DNA from: Selaginella moellendorffii
Taxonomy: Eukaryota; Plantae; Lycopodiophyta
Reading direction: 5' to 3'
Length of the DNA stretch: 64,000 bases
Assembly: GCF_000143415.4 (NCBI RefSeq)
Contig: NW_003314358.1
Span: 320,731 to 384,730, forward strand
Positions 13,201 through 24,600 of this stretch are shown here, in pieces. Made by a program: the position numbers and the translations under genes. Each line of letters begins with the position of its first letter. The first letter of the stretch is position 1. The notes beneath the pieces were generated by a model. The model ran no database searches. It saw nothing but the letters and a program-made list of their open reading frames with translations, and was not told where the DNA came from.

Positions 13201-15262
13201 CAGCAAACAAGCCGGCGATCAGATCTTTCACTGATCAAGCAAGACTATTGCGACCCAAAGAAGCTTCACATCTTTCCTCCAAATTCTTCACTCTTTTTTC
13301 TTCCCGGAGCTCCGTTAGCCCCGCCGATGATCCTGACTCTTTTGGAACCCCCACTTTTGTCAAACTAGCTCATGGAAAGAGGAGGATTTACACACACACA
13401 CACACACACACAAAGTACTGCAAGTATATCATGGTGGCTACTTGTGTGCGTTGGTTGTGTGAGAAGAAAGGAGTGAAACTAAGTGTGTTTGTGTGGGTGT
13501 GAGAGAGATTGAGAAAGCTGTGAATACCTAAGTGTGTGAACTGTGTTGCCCAGCATTTGATCTGATTTCCCAAAAAATTCCCTCCTTTTTGCCAAAGAGA
13601 AGGTATTTCTCCTAGTTTTTCGAAGAGAATTCAAGCTCAACAAGGGCCTTGTTATCAGCCCAAGTTGTGAATTCTATTCATCAACAGGTGTTCATCTCCA
13701 GGAGGAAAAGAAGGGATGAGAGCTGGGCTTCCATTCAAATAAATACATGGAAAACAAGTAGAAATGTCGTATATCATACCACCAGCTCCTGTAGATTATG
13801 CGGTATGCCTACATGTATGTGTATGATGATGATGTATGGGTGGTGTCATCTCAGTTGCGTGTGAAACCCTACTTTGCGGTTTTGGCTGGACCACGTTCGT
13901 TTGTTTTGGAATTTAGAATTGTCATTGAATGATCCACATGAGCAAGACTAAGCACGATGGAGCACATTTTATCTACCCAAGGAGTTTCATCCAAATTAGA
14001 TGACCCAAACGATAGATCTAACAATGTTTTGTTTGTGATATGGACAAGATCTATGTACAAAAGATGATAACCCTACCGCACAGTTTCAAAATGAACCATC
14101 GATTCGCGGGCCTTTTATGTCCGGCGTTACTTTCTTTGGAAGCATGAACTTACCTTTACCACGAAAGTATTTACCCGTTGGTAACTCCCCGTGAAAACAA
14201 AATGGCGGACGGTTAGGTAAAATATGGAGAAGGTCTGACTTGGTGCATTAAATGTGCGCACGTTCGGGCCATGGGGGCCATGCATGTGCCATAGATAGCC
14301 ATCCGAGATTCCCTGGCATCTCTCACCATGCATGCTTGATGCTTATACCCATGCGGATGATGTCATCATGGGCATCATGATGGCCCATGATTCATAATTG
14401 TCGGCCGCCGTACGGGAGTACGGTAAAGGCCGCGCGCACTCAATGTCAACGCGGTCCAGGCGTTGCCACGCGGAAAGCGCGCCCAAAGTCAAATACCCCC
14501 TGTCGGATGTCAAAACCCCCGGGATTCCACCGTGGTCCACGCCCCCCGCCGTACAGCCACTGAGTTGTGGAAGTGGAGTGGTTTGTTTTGGAGGCCTTTC
14601 TGTCCGTACCTCTTTTTTTCTTTTCTTTTTTGGAGATTCCTTCCGTATGAATTAGGGCTCACGCGAAACGTAGCGTACGGATGATTCGTGTTTCAAGGAT
14701 ACATTGTTTACTCTATCCTTGGGGACCAAAGTCTTTGAAGACGTTGGATTTGTTTTGAGGGAGCAATGGGAGCTCATCACGACCAAGTTTTCGGGGAAAT
14801 TTATGGTGGTGGCATCGTCGTGCAACACACATAAGTGTGGGATCGATCATAGCTGGAGCTGGCATGGACCAAGATCAAACATTTCCTGGTGTGACTGAGG
14901 AGTGCTCATGATCTCCAAATGTTTAATGGTTTACTGGGATGGATCCCGGCATTGTGTACACGTGAAGCTTTTAACTACCACAGCTGCAAATGGATCACGC
15001 CCCACATCTTCTCTTTGTCAATCTCATCGAAATTAGGATCAAACGTATAGTACTTCGTCTAGTTTCTTATGTTGACAGTAACACTCGAGCGATTTGCATT
15101 AGATTAGAATTGTGATAAAGACAGTGGTCTTGGCAACTTCTAAGAGGATTTCTAAGCAGGAAGCAGAATACAATATTCGGGTTTGGACAGAATATCCAAA
15201 CCTAAGAATATTCTGCTAGCAAATAACTCTTTAGACGGAATATCCCCGAAGAACCCTTTAAA

Positions 15263-15566
15263 ATGGGGTCACTCGACTTTAGAGCGTTCATTCTTCGGTC
15301 CCGCGCCATAGCCGTGTATAGGAGTGGCCTGAGATTGACAAAACGGGCACCAAGCTCTTCTCGAGGTACTTACCATCGCTTAAAAGCTTCCAATCGATCC
15401 TTCTTTTTTGATTCTTCCTTTAGATGAGCTCAAGAACACCATTCGAGCGGAGATGGAGAAGAATCGAGCAGTGACAGACCCAGCAGCAATCCGCTACCTC
15501 ATCAGCGATGGCCTGCAAAGGATAAAAGAACTGCAAACGATGCTTAGCATCCAAGGAAACGATTAA
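15263..15566 (+). CDS. LYR-motif protein (LYRM2-like), two exons 15263-15365 and 15424-15566; not in the ORF track
   Basis: Manual translation gives MGSLDFRAFILRSRAIAVYRSGLRLTKRAPSSSR|DELKNTIRAEMEKNRAVTDPAAIRYLISDGLQRIKELQTML..., across a GT-AG intron. Confidence 0.85.
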
Positions 15567-15579
15567 GCAGCCAACAGCA

Positions 15580-16919
15580 CTAGAAGCGTTTCTTCTCGTA
15601 AGAAACGAGGCCGTGAACACCGCCCTCGACTTGGGCAGCTCCTGATCGAACCTGGTTGATGAGAAGCAATGGTTTAGTATCGAAAAATCGAATTTTTTTT
15701 GTTAAGTACCTCTAGCCTTATGTGTCCATCGTATAAAGCCTTGTGTGCTTCTTTCACGGACTTAACTCCCAGGTCTTGGAATCCTTGCTTCACGGCTTGC
15801 ATAGTGTATGGAATCAACCGCAAGACGGAGCCCTTGTCCGCGACAGTCCCCGAGACACCTTGCGCGATCTTCATCTTGGCTTTCTCACCGAGGTAGCGAG
15901 CATCGCTCCCTTTAGCCATGGCTTCCAGAGATCCCATTCCTCGGTAAACTTTGAGACGCTGTCCATCCTGGAAGAACAGTTTCGAGGGAAAACTTAAACT
16001 TAAAAGACGGGAGAAGAAAATGCTTTACCCTGTCGAAGTAGTCGCCGGGAGCTTCTTCGGTTCCAGCGAGAAAGCTTCCCATCATCACGGTCGAAGCGCC
16101 GAGAGTGAGAGCCTTGACAATATGTCCGGAGTTGGAAATCCCTCCGTCAGCTATCACAGGGATTCCAAACTTTCGAGCGATGGACGAGGTCTTATACACC
16201 GCTGTTGCCTAGAGAAACCAAGATCAATCTCTACACGAGACAAAGCTAGAAAAAACTACCTGTCCTCTTCCAACAGCACAAACTTCTTGAGTTGTGCATA
16301 TAGAACCCGATCCCATTCCAACTCTGAGAGCGTCGGCACCGGCCTCGATCAGATTCCGGGCTTGCTGCATCGTCACCACATTGCCAGCGATCACGTCCAC
16401 CTCCGGGAACCATTTCTTCGCGTAGCCAAGCATCTCCCTCTGATAGATCGAGTCCCCCTGCGAGCTATCCAGGATAACCACGTCCACCCCGGCTTCCACG
16501 AGGAGCTTGAGCCTCTCCTTGTCGGCTTCCCTCGTACCTATGGCAGCGCCGACCAAAACACGCCCATCTTTTCCCAGAGATGGCGTGGATCCTACCTCTA
16601 AGCTCGCGCTCTTGGCGGCTCTCACCAGGGATGCTTGCTCCGCCGGCGAGCTGTTGTAATGGATGAAGCCGATGCCGCCGGCGCGCGCCATCGCCACCGC
16701 CATGGAGGATTCCGTGACGGTGTCCATCGGGGAGGAGAGGCAGGGCGCCGCGACTCGGATATTTCGCGTGAGCTGCGACGAGAGATCGACGGCGTCGGCC
16801 GGGAAATCGATGTAGCGCGGCAGGCAGATGATGTCGTCGTAGGTGTAGGAGAATCCCTGATTGAACAAGCGCGCAGCGCCATAGCCGTCCTCCTCGCCCG
16901 CATTGCCATTGACCTCCAT
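15580..16919 (-). CDS. IMPDH: Inosine-5'-monophosphate dehydrogenase lacking the CBS (Bateman) subdomain, four exons
   Basis: [19 protein letters not shown], catalytic [23 protein letters not shown], flap RY, AQGVSG and C-terminal [15 protein letters not shown]. Confidence 0.95.
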
Positions 16920-16959
16920 GGACGAAAAACTAGGGTTTATGCTATAAACCCTAAAATTG

Positions 16960-17370
16960 TCAAGATTTAGGGTTTATCAGGAACTCCCGGGCGAGAAGAA
17001 TCGCGGCCGCGATCAATCCACCAGAGGCTCCAGCGACGCTCGCGGGGCGGATTCCAGCGGCGGATCTGAAAATGGCGCCTGTTCCAGCGGTCGCGGCGAT
17101 GAAGCTGGCCGGATCGTCCCTCCCCCGCGCGCAAACCAAGCCATTGTGGAGAGAGGCATAGACGAACCCTACAGTGCCCAGAGAAGCGCCGGCCTTGCGT
17201 CCCCTGTGCCCGGCCATGTTGAGAATTTGATTGATCCGGAGCTTGAGAGTGTCGCTGGCGTCGCCGAACCGCAAGCAATCCATCACAGCCGTAGCGCCGC
17301 CGACGAACGCTCCAGTGAGAAATCCAGCGCCAGAGAAGAACACGAGATCGTCTAGAAAATCCCTCTCCAT
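16960..17370 (-). CDS. Tim17/Tim22/Tim23-family mitochondrial translocase subunit (TIM23-like), intronless with a short N-terminus
   Basis: TLKLRINQILN..G..GRK.G..LG.VG..Y and the PRAT-like RGRDD.....AA...TGAIFRSAAG motif, with Gly-rich TM helices. Confidence 0.85.
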   Translation of the reverse strand: MERDFLDDLVFFSGAGFLTGAFVGGATAVMDCLRFGDASDTLKLRINQILNMAGHRGRKAGASLGTVGFVYASLHNGLVCARGRDDPASFIAATAGTGAIFRSAAGIRPASVAGASGGLIAAAILLAREFLINPKS

Positions 17371-17406
17371 TGTTCTTTATTTTAGGGTTTAATGAAGGTT
17401 TTGGCT

Positions 17407-19494
17407 ATGGCGCGACGAGCGTCGCGGCTTGGCCTCCGGTTCCCTGGCCGATCACGCGATCTGTGCACTGGCAGCGACGATTTTGGAATGCCTCTGCACG
17501 TTTGCGTCGTGGGGAGCGGTCCGGCGGGATTCTATGTCGCGAAAAAGGTTTGATCGGTTCTCAAGGTTTGTGCAAGAAAGCGACAATCGCTCGGCATTTT
17601 CGCAGCTTCTCAAGCGTTTTGATTTCGCGAGGGTGGATATATTGGAGCGCTTGCCAGCGCCGTTTGGTCTAGTGCGATCGGGGGTTGCTCCAGACCATCC
17701 GGAAACAAAGGTAAAGAGACTTGTCTCGAGTTTGTGTTGTTCTCAACTTTGTGTGGTGTGGAACCACAGGTTGTGATCAATCAGTTTTCCCGCACCGCAG
17801 AGGACGAAAGGTGCCGATTTTTCGGTAATGTGTGCCTGGGAACGGATGTTTCTCTGGAAGAACTTCGAAAGATCTATCATGTAGTAGTTCTTGCATATGG
17901 AGCTGAGAGCGATCACAGGCTCGGAATTCCTGGAGAGGTTTGAGTTCTTTCTTTTCTTTTTTCTCGTTTTAATTTAACGTTGGAACAGGACTTGGAAGGA
18001 GTTTTTTCTGCAAGACAATTTGTCTGGTGGTATAATGGACACCCAGATGGCAAGGACTTGCCGATCAATCTGAACAATGTGGAAACTGCTGTGGTCCTTG
18101 GCCAGGTTTTGATCTTCAAGTTTTCTTTTGTTTTGCTTTTGTTTTGCTTTTTAAAGAGAATGCCTGATCGTGTCCAGGGAAACGTAGCCCTTGACGTTGC
18201 ACGAATCTTACTTCGTTCTCCCAGCGAACTGTCAAGCACAGACATTGCCGAGCATGCCGTGAAGGCACTGCGAACGAGCCGCATCAGGTTTCTTTCATCC
18301 CTTTTTCTTTGGCTTCGGTGATTAGAACTGTTTGGCAGGAACGCTTAGAAAAGTATACGTTGTTGGTAGGCGTGGTCCAGTGCAGGCAGCTTGCACGGCC
18401 AAGGAGCTGAGAGAAATTCTTGGTTGGTTTTATAGACTTCTGATATGTATGACGGCTGAAATCTTCCACAGGGTTGAAAGGTGTGGAAATCGTCATCAAC
18501 GAGGCTGACTTGCAAACAACCGATTGCGACTTGGTACGTGAACTTACTCTTTCTTTCCGTTTTTTCTGACACATCATGTCTGAAGGAAGAGCTGCAAAGT
18601 AGTAGAATACACAAGCGTGTTTTCGATCTGTTTTGCAAAAGCGCGACATTTACCAAGTGCGCTGGAAGAGATAAGCAGCTGCAATTTGTGTTCTTCAGAG
18701 CACCGGTATCATTGTTGGCTGCCGAAGATGGCATCCATGTTAGAGGAGTTCATCTCCAGAAAACACGTCTAGAAGGCAAGTAGCTGCGATGTTTCCAGAC
18801 GCATGCTTAAAACTTTTCTAGCAGGAAGCAATCCGCGAAAGCTTGTAGGAACTGGAGAGTTCGAGGAGCTGGATTGCGGGTATGCCTGTTACCTTTAAGT
18901 TCCATACTGATCACTTAAAATTCGTCAGGCTGGTGCTGAAAAGCATTGGATACAAGTCTCTACCTGTGCCTGATTTGCCTTTCGACCATAAGAAAGGTTA
19001 GAAAAGCGTTTTTTTGGTTCACCACTTTTAAAGCGACTGGTCTGTAACTTTCGCAGGCGTGGTGCCGAATTACTTCGGACGCGTGCGCTCAAGCGATGCT
19101 ACGAATGAGACTGAGCGTGGGCTGTACGTGGCGGGATGGCTCAAGCGTGGCCCGACTGGAATCATTGGAACGAACGAAGTTTGCGCACAAGAAGTGGTAA
19201 TGGAATGAGAAGTTCTTTCTCCTTTCGTGGGAAGCTTATGAAGTTACATTCCAGGTGACGAGCATTGAAGAGGACGTGAACAGAGCAGTAGTGAGCAACC
19301 TAAAGGAAGTTCCCGGAAGCGTTGGGCTGGAATCCATTCTAAGCGAGAAAAACAAGCGCTACATAACGTTTGAAGGCTGGGAGAGATTGAACGAGACCGA
19401 GATGGAGAAAGGCGCTGTCAAAGGCAAGCCGCGGGAGAAGATCGTTGGCATTGACGAAGCACTCGCAATTGGTTTGGCCAAGGAAAAAGAGTAA
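17407..19494 (+). CDS. MFDR: Mitochondrial NADPH:adrenodoxin (ferredoxin) oxidoreductase, multi-exon
   Basis: Arg-rich presequence, then HVCVVGSGPAGFY, PFGLVRSGVAPDHPETK, GQGNVALDVARILL, GRRGP, GWLKRGPTGII and GKPREK. Confidence 0.93.
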
Positions 19495-19626
19495 ACTTCC
19501 TTCTCAGAACTTCGCTTATTTTGCGATAACCATTCTTTGTTTCTCTTCAATACAAGGTCGATTTACAGTATGGACAGTGCATGGAAGATATAATAAGGCA
19601 TTCCAAAGAAACAAAAAGCTCGTTCT

Positions 19627-21071
19627 CTATGACAGGCCATTAACATTACCTTTCCTGTTCCAGGACAAGTAGGAGGTATCTCCAAGAGGCCTGAAAGGTA
19701 TGGCATTAGCTCAAGAACAGGAAGAAAAAACTTTCAAGTTTGGATGCTCACCTGGGAGTCTTGTAGTGAATGAGGAAGAAGACGATCGCGAGAAAGATGC
19801 AGAGAACACCGACTGTGAGATAAGCAATCCCCAAGAAGTTGTTCTTGCCACCGAGCCAGCTTGTCGTAGAGAGGACGAGCTTCTTCTTGCCGCCAAACTC
19901 GTAAGTGTTGTAAACGTTCGCGATGTTTACGCTTATAATCTCTCCGGCCTGGAGATCTGTCTCGATTTTTCCCCACAGCTTTCGAAACGTTGGTAACGCC
20001 GCGGATCTCATCCACACGATCAAGTCCTCGGCCTCGCTTAACTGATGAGAAAAGAAACGCACAAAAGAAACAACGAAGGCTTAGAGGTGACTTCAAAGCT
20101 AAAAGCTTGTCAAAGTTTTCACTCACTGGCTGTGAAACGTTTAGTCCAGCTCCTCCGATGAACGCGCTGTTGCTCTCGTTCCTGTTTAGATTGTTGGGAA
20201 AGTTCGAGGGAAATACCGTGCTCCCAAACTTGTGATCGCGGTCACTCTTCCAGGAGATGCCGCGCTTGTTGACGGGGATTGGCGCACTGTTCTGGCGGCG
20301 GAATTCGTAAGTGTCGTTGAAAAGACTCCACGCGATGAGGCCGCACGGGATGATAGGCGTGTTGTTGAACTGCTTTAGCGGCTTGCAGCTATCCAGATCG
20401 CTGTTGGAGGTGCTGGCTCCATCCAAGAGCTGCTTGTCACTTCTACTCTTCACATACCTGGAACGAGCAATTGGATTGGATCATCAAAGAAGAAGAAAAA
20501 AAAGTTTGAAACGATACCTTCGGTGGTTTTGATAGTAGTGATCGAGCTGATAGTACACATAGACGGGGTTGTTCATCTTCTTTGGAACCTGGAAAACGCA
20601 GCTTTAACAAAGAACTTGTTAACGACTGGAAGAACTCACGGTGAGTGTCACCGGGCAGGATTTATTAATAGTATCGTCCTGGATATATCGTATCCTTGCC
20701 TCCTTAGTTGTGATATTAGCCGGAAGACAAGAGGTTTCGTACTGCTCGACGATCTCCACGACGCTGTTGGACGCAAGCAACGCAATGGCTCCAATGGGAA
20801 TAAAAATGGCGCCGACGAGCATCAAAATAGCGATTACCTGCGCGAGAGAAACCATCAAACCAAAATCGATCGATCCAGGACAACACATACCCAGCCAGGG
20901 GTCAAAAGAGGCTTGCAAGCGGGAAGCTCTTGCTGTGTAAACTTAGAATCTACAAAACCCGAAAATCCCGATCTAAGAACTCCAGCAACGAGAAGAAATC
21001 CCCTTACATTTCGGCTTGCGTGATGGCTTGGCGGAGGCGCCGGCGGAGCTGCTGGCCGCATCGTTGCTCAT
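19627..21071 (-). CDS. CDC50/LEM3 family flippase beta-subunit (ALIS), multi-exon
   Basis: [70 protein letters not shown] and [12 protein letters not shown]. Confidence 0.93.
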
Positions 21072-21204
21072 CGCGTGCGCCTCGAATCTATCAGCAGCCG
21101 GAGTGGAATGGAATCGCAGCTCCCACAACGCGCTGCGAATGCCAAGAACCCTAAATCACACTATATTCCTCTTGACCGAATAAAAGTAGATTAAAAAACG
21201 CGGT

Positions 21205-21253
21205 CTACACGTGGCACGATCACGGCCGTCACTGGAGACTGGGCTGCCACGTC
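21205..21253. promoter_or_regulatory. G-box/ABRE-like elements in the divergent ALIS/Ca-ATPase promoter
   Basis: ACACGTGGC (~21208) and GCCACGTCA (~21246), with telo-boxes near 21147 and 21579. Confidence 0.4.
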
Positions 21254-21670
21254 AGCCCTCAATCTGATTTTCTCGTGGTGGGGAACTTAACCGCCAACAG
21301 GTGCTTGCGCGCGCCTTTGCATCATCCGCCATATCATCCTCACTTTGCTCCTTTCTACTCTTCCCTCCCAGCTAGGTTTTCTAGAATTTAGGGCAAGACA
21401 GGGAGGGAGAAGCGCGGATTCTCCGATCGATGGCGCAGAGCTGCCGTCGGCTGGGATTCCCATGGCGCCAGTGATCCGGTGGTGAAATTTCGGGATCCAC
21501 ATCGCCGAGCGCTCCAGCAGCATTGCCGATCGAGAGCGGGCTATGGTGGGAAGCCCAGGGGCCGCGACGCTGCCGCATTTTAGGGTTTTGGAGGAGGCTT
21601 AGGGTTCTCTCGCGCGGGGAAGAGAAGCATGAGGAGAAAGATCGCGCTGAGCTGAGCTGATGCTCGCAAA

Positions 21671-24600
21671 ATGCTTTTCGATCATGATTCTGCGCAAAAC
21701 GTGCGAGAAAGAGCTGCGCTCAAGTTGCCCCGACCTTCGGAGTTTATCGGCCCCGACGATGAGCGTAAGTGGCTTTCTTTCTGGCCATTCTCATCTAAGT
21801 CTTTGGTGTTTTTGGTGCTCAGCTCCTCCTCCTATCACTGCGAGAACAGCCGGTTTTGGCATCACGCCTGCGGAGATTGCCAAATGGGAGGGCAACACGG
21901 AGGAGTTGGAGGCATACGATGGTTTTGATGGCATTGCGCGCGCACTGAAGATCGATCCGCAAAAGGGTATTGATGCCACCCCGGTGGATATCAAAGCCAG
22001 GAGAGATGCTTTCGGTCCAAACACTTACCCGCTCAAGAAAAGAACACCATTTTATGTAAGCTTGTTCTCTCCTTGTCCTTCGTTTTTCAAGAGCTTGTTC
22101 CATTCCAGATGTATGTTTGGGAAGCTTTGCAAGATGAAACGCTGATGATATTGATTTTGTGCGCGATAGTGTCCTTGGCTGTTGGACTCACAACCGAGGC
22201 AAGTCTTGAAAACAAACTAAAGAAATCTAAAGGTTCTGATTCAGTTTTTATTTTTTGGATGTAGAAACCCAGCGAAGGGTGGTATGACGGTGGAGGCATT
22301 TGTTTTGCTATTGTTGTTTGCGTCATGGTAGCTTGTGAGTTTTTCTTTGTTTTGTTGTGTACTTTAATCTTAAAACAAGGTTTCTGTGCACTGCAGCGTT
22401 AAGTGATTATAATCAAGCCAACCAGTTTCAAAAGCTCAGTGCCGAGAAAAGGAAGATTTATATAAATGTGAGTGAGTGATTGGTGGCTCGTCATGTTCCC
22501 AAATTTGCCGTGCGCCTTGTGTAGGTGACAAGGGGTGGTCACAGGACGAAAGTATCGATTTTTGAGCTTGTAGTTGGTGACATGGTTCATCTTGCAATCG
22601 GTGACCAGGTTCGTTCAAGCTTACTTTGTGCTGCTGTAGTATTTTTTGCTCGCTTGCAGATTCCAGCCGATGGACTCGTATATGTTGGGCATTCTTTGAT
22701 TGTTGACGAATCAAGCATGACTGGCGAAAGTGACCCTGTTAGTATTGCTCTTAGAACTAGAATTTCACTCTTTCCATCTGATTCTCGTCTACCAGCTTCC
22801 AAAAGATGAAGAGGAAAAACCATTTTTAATGTCAGGCACCAAAGTGCTTGACGGTTTTGGGACAATGCTGGTGTGTACCTTGAGCTATCGTATTTCCGTC
22901 ATAATCATTTTACCAATCGCAGGTCACTGCCGTTGGAATGCGAACTGAATGGGGAAGAGTTATGGCCACACTCAGTGAAGACAATGACGAGGAAACTCCA
23001 CTTCAAGTCCGACTGAACAATTTAGCAACAATAATCGGGAAAGTGGGCTTATCCGTTGCGGTTGTGTGTTTTATTGTTTGCGTCATACGGTAAGATCCGT
23101 TTTTCGAGTGTTTCCGATCGTTTCTCACTGATTTGCGTGCAGATTTCTATGCCAGACAAATTTGAAACATTTCAGCTCGGAGGATGGTCGACAAATAGTT
23201 GAATACTTTGCTGTTGCAGTAAGTTTTATTGAACTGCATAATACAGATTATCAAGGTATAAAATGGCTAATGTTTTAAATAGGACGTTTTCACAGTTATC
23301 GATTTTTACAGGTGACGATTGTGGTCGTAGCTGTCCCCGAAGGTCTTCCGCTCGCAGTCACCTTGACGTGAGCTAACAATTCCAGCTTGTCTTGTTGCTT
23401 TTATTTCTTACATTTATTTTTCAGGCTTGCTTATTCTATGAAGAAGATGATGAGCGACCGTGCACTGGTAATGAATTCATTCATTTTTTGTGGTCGATTT
23501 AGGATTTTTCTTTTGATTCTAGGTCCGACATTTGTCAGCTTGCGAAACTATGGGCTCTGCAACTGCTATCTGTAGTGACAAAACTGGCACATTGACAATG
23601 AATATGGTTTGTTTTCAAGGTTTCCGTATATGGATTTTTGCTTTGTTTTCTACAGATGACTGTTATCAGATCATGGGTGTGTGGCAAATTAAGGGAGCCA
23701 ACTGATCTTGAGAATATCAGTGAAGGTGTGCGTAAGGTATGGCAACTCTGGTTTGATCTTTCAGTTTTTACTTCTTTCTGGCAGCTTTTGTTTGAAGCTA
23801 TTTGCTTAAATACGAATGCAAGCGTTGAAATGCATGAGGTATGTTTATTGTCAATATTCCTCCTCTCTCACTTAGTTACTGATTTTCTTTTGTAGGGCGC
23901 TCCTCCAGAAATAACTGGGACTCCTACGGAAGTGGCTGTTCTTGGATGGGGCATAAAGGTGCATAATCTAGTCTCCGACTTACCTTTCTTAAGTGCTTTG
24001 TTAACAGCTCGGTGGGAATTTCGATCGAGTGAAGAAAAGCGCAACAGTAACAGAAGTTGATGCGTTCAATTCAACCAAAAAGCGCATGGCGGTGATTGCG
24101 AAGGTTAGTTGCGTAGATAAATATTGCAGTCTCAAAAGTTTCTTTGCAGACAGAAGATGGAAAAGCATGGATTCATTGGAAAGGTGCTTCAGAAGTTGTA
24201 TTGGCTCAATGTTCAAACTTTATGGATGAGCAAGGGAATGTCAGCCCTTTGACGCCTGAAAAGGTTTGTAATGGTGTTGTTCCCCATGCCGCTGTGCCGA
24301 TCTTTTTTTCTCCAGTTGCAAGAGCTACAAGAAATCATCGACACCTTTGCAAATGCCGCCTTGCGAACGTTGTGTCTGGCGTGTAAGGAGTTTCCTCAGA
24401 ATGAGTTTCTTGCACGGCCTCCTAAGAAGCATTCGACTATTGGACCTCCAATCCCAGAAGATGGCCTGACTTGTATAGCTATCGTTGGAATCAAGGATCC
24501 ATGCAGACCTGGTGTTCCTGAAGCTGTTCACAAGTGTCAAATTGCTGGCATTAAGGTATGGTTGTGCATGCATTCCCGGCTTACGAAAAACCATATTACA

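Noticed and set aside
15580-16919. GMP reductase as an alternative to a CBS-less IMPDH
   Set aside because: The flap RY dyad, SSQG motif and EGGVH C-terminus match eukaryotic IMPDH.
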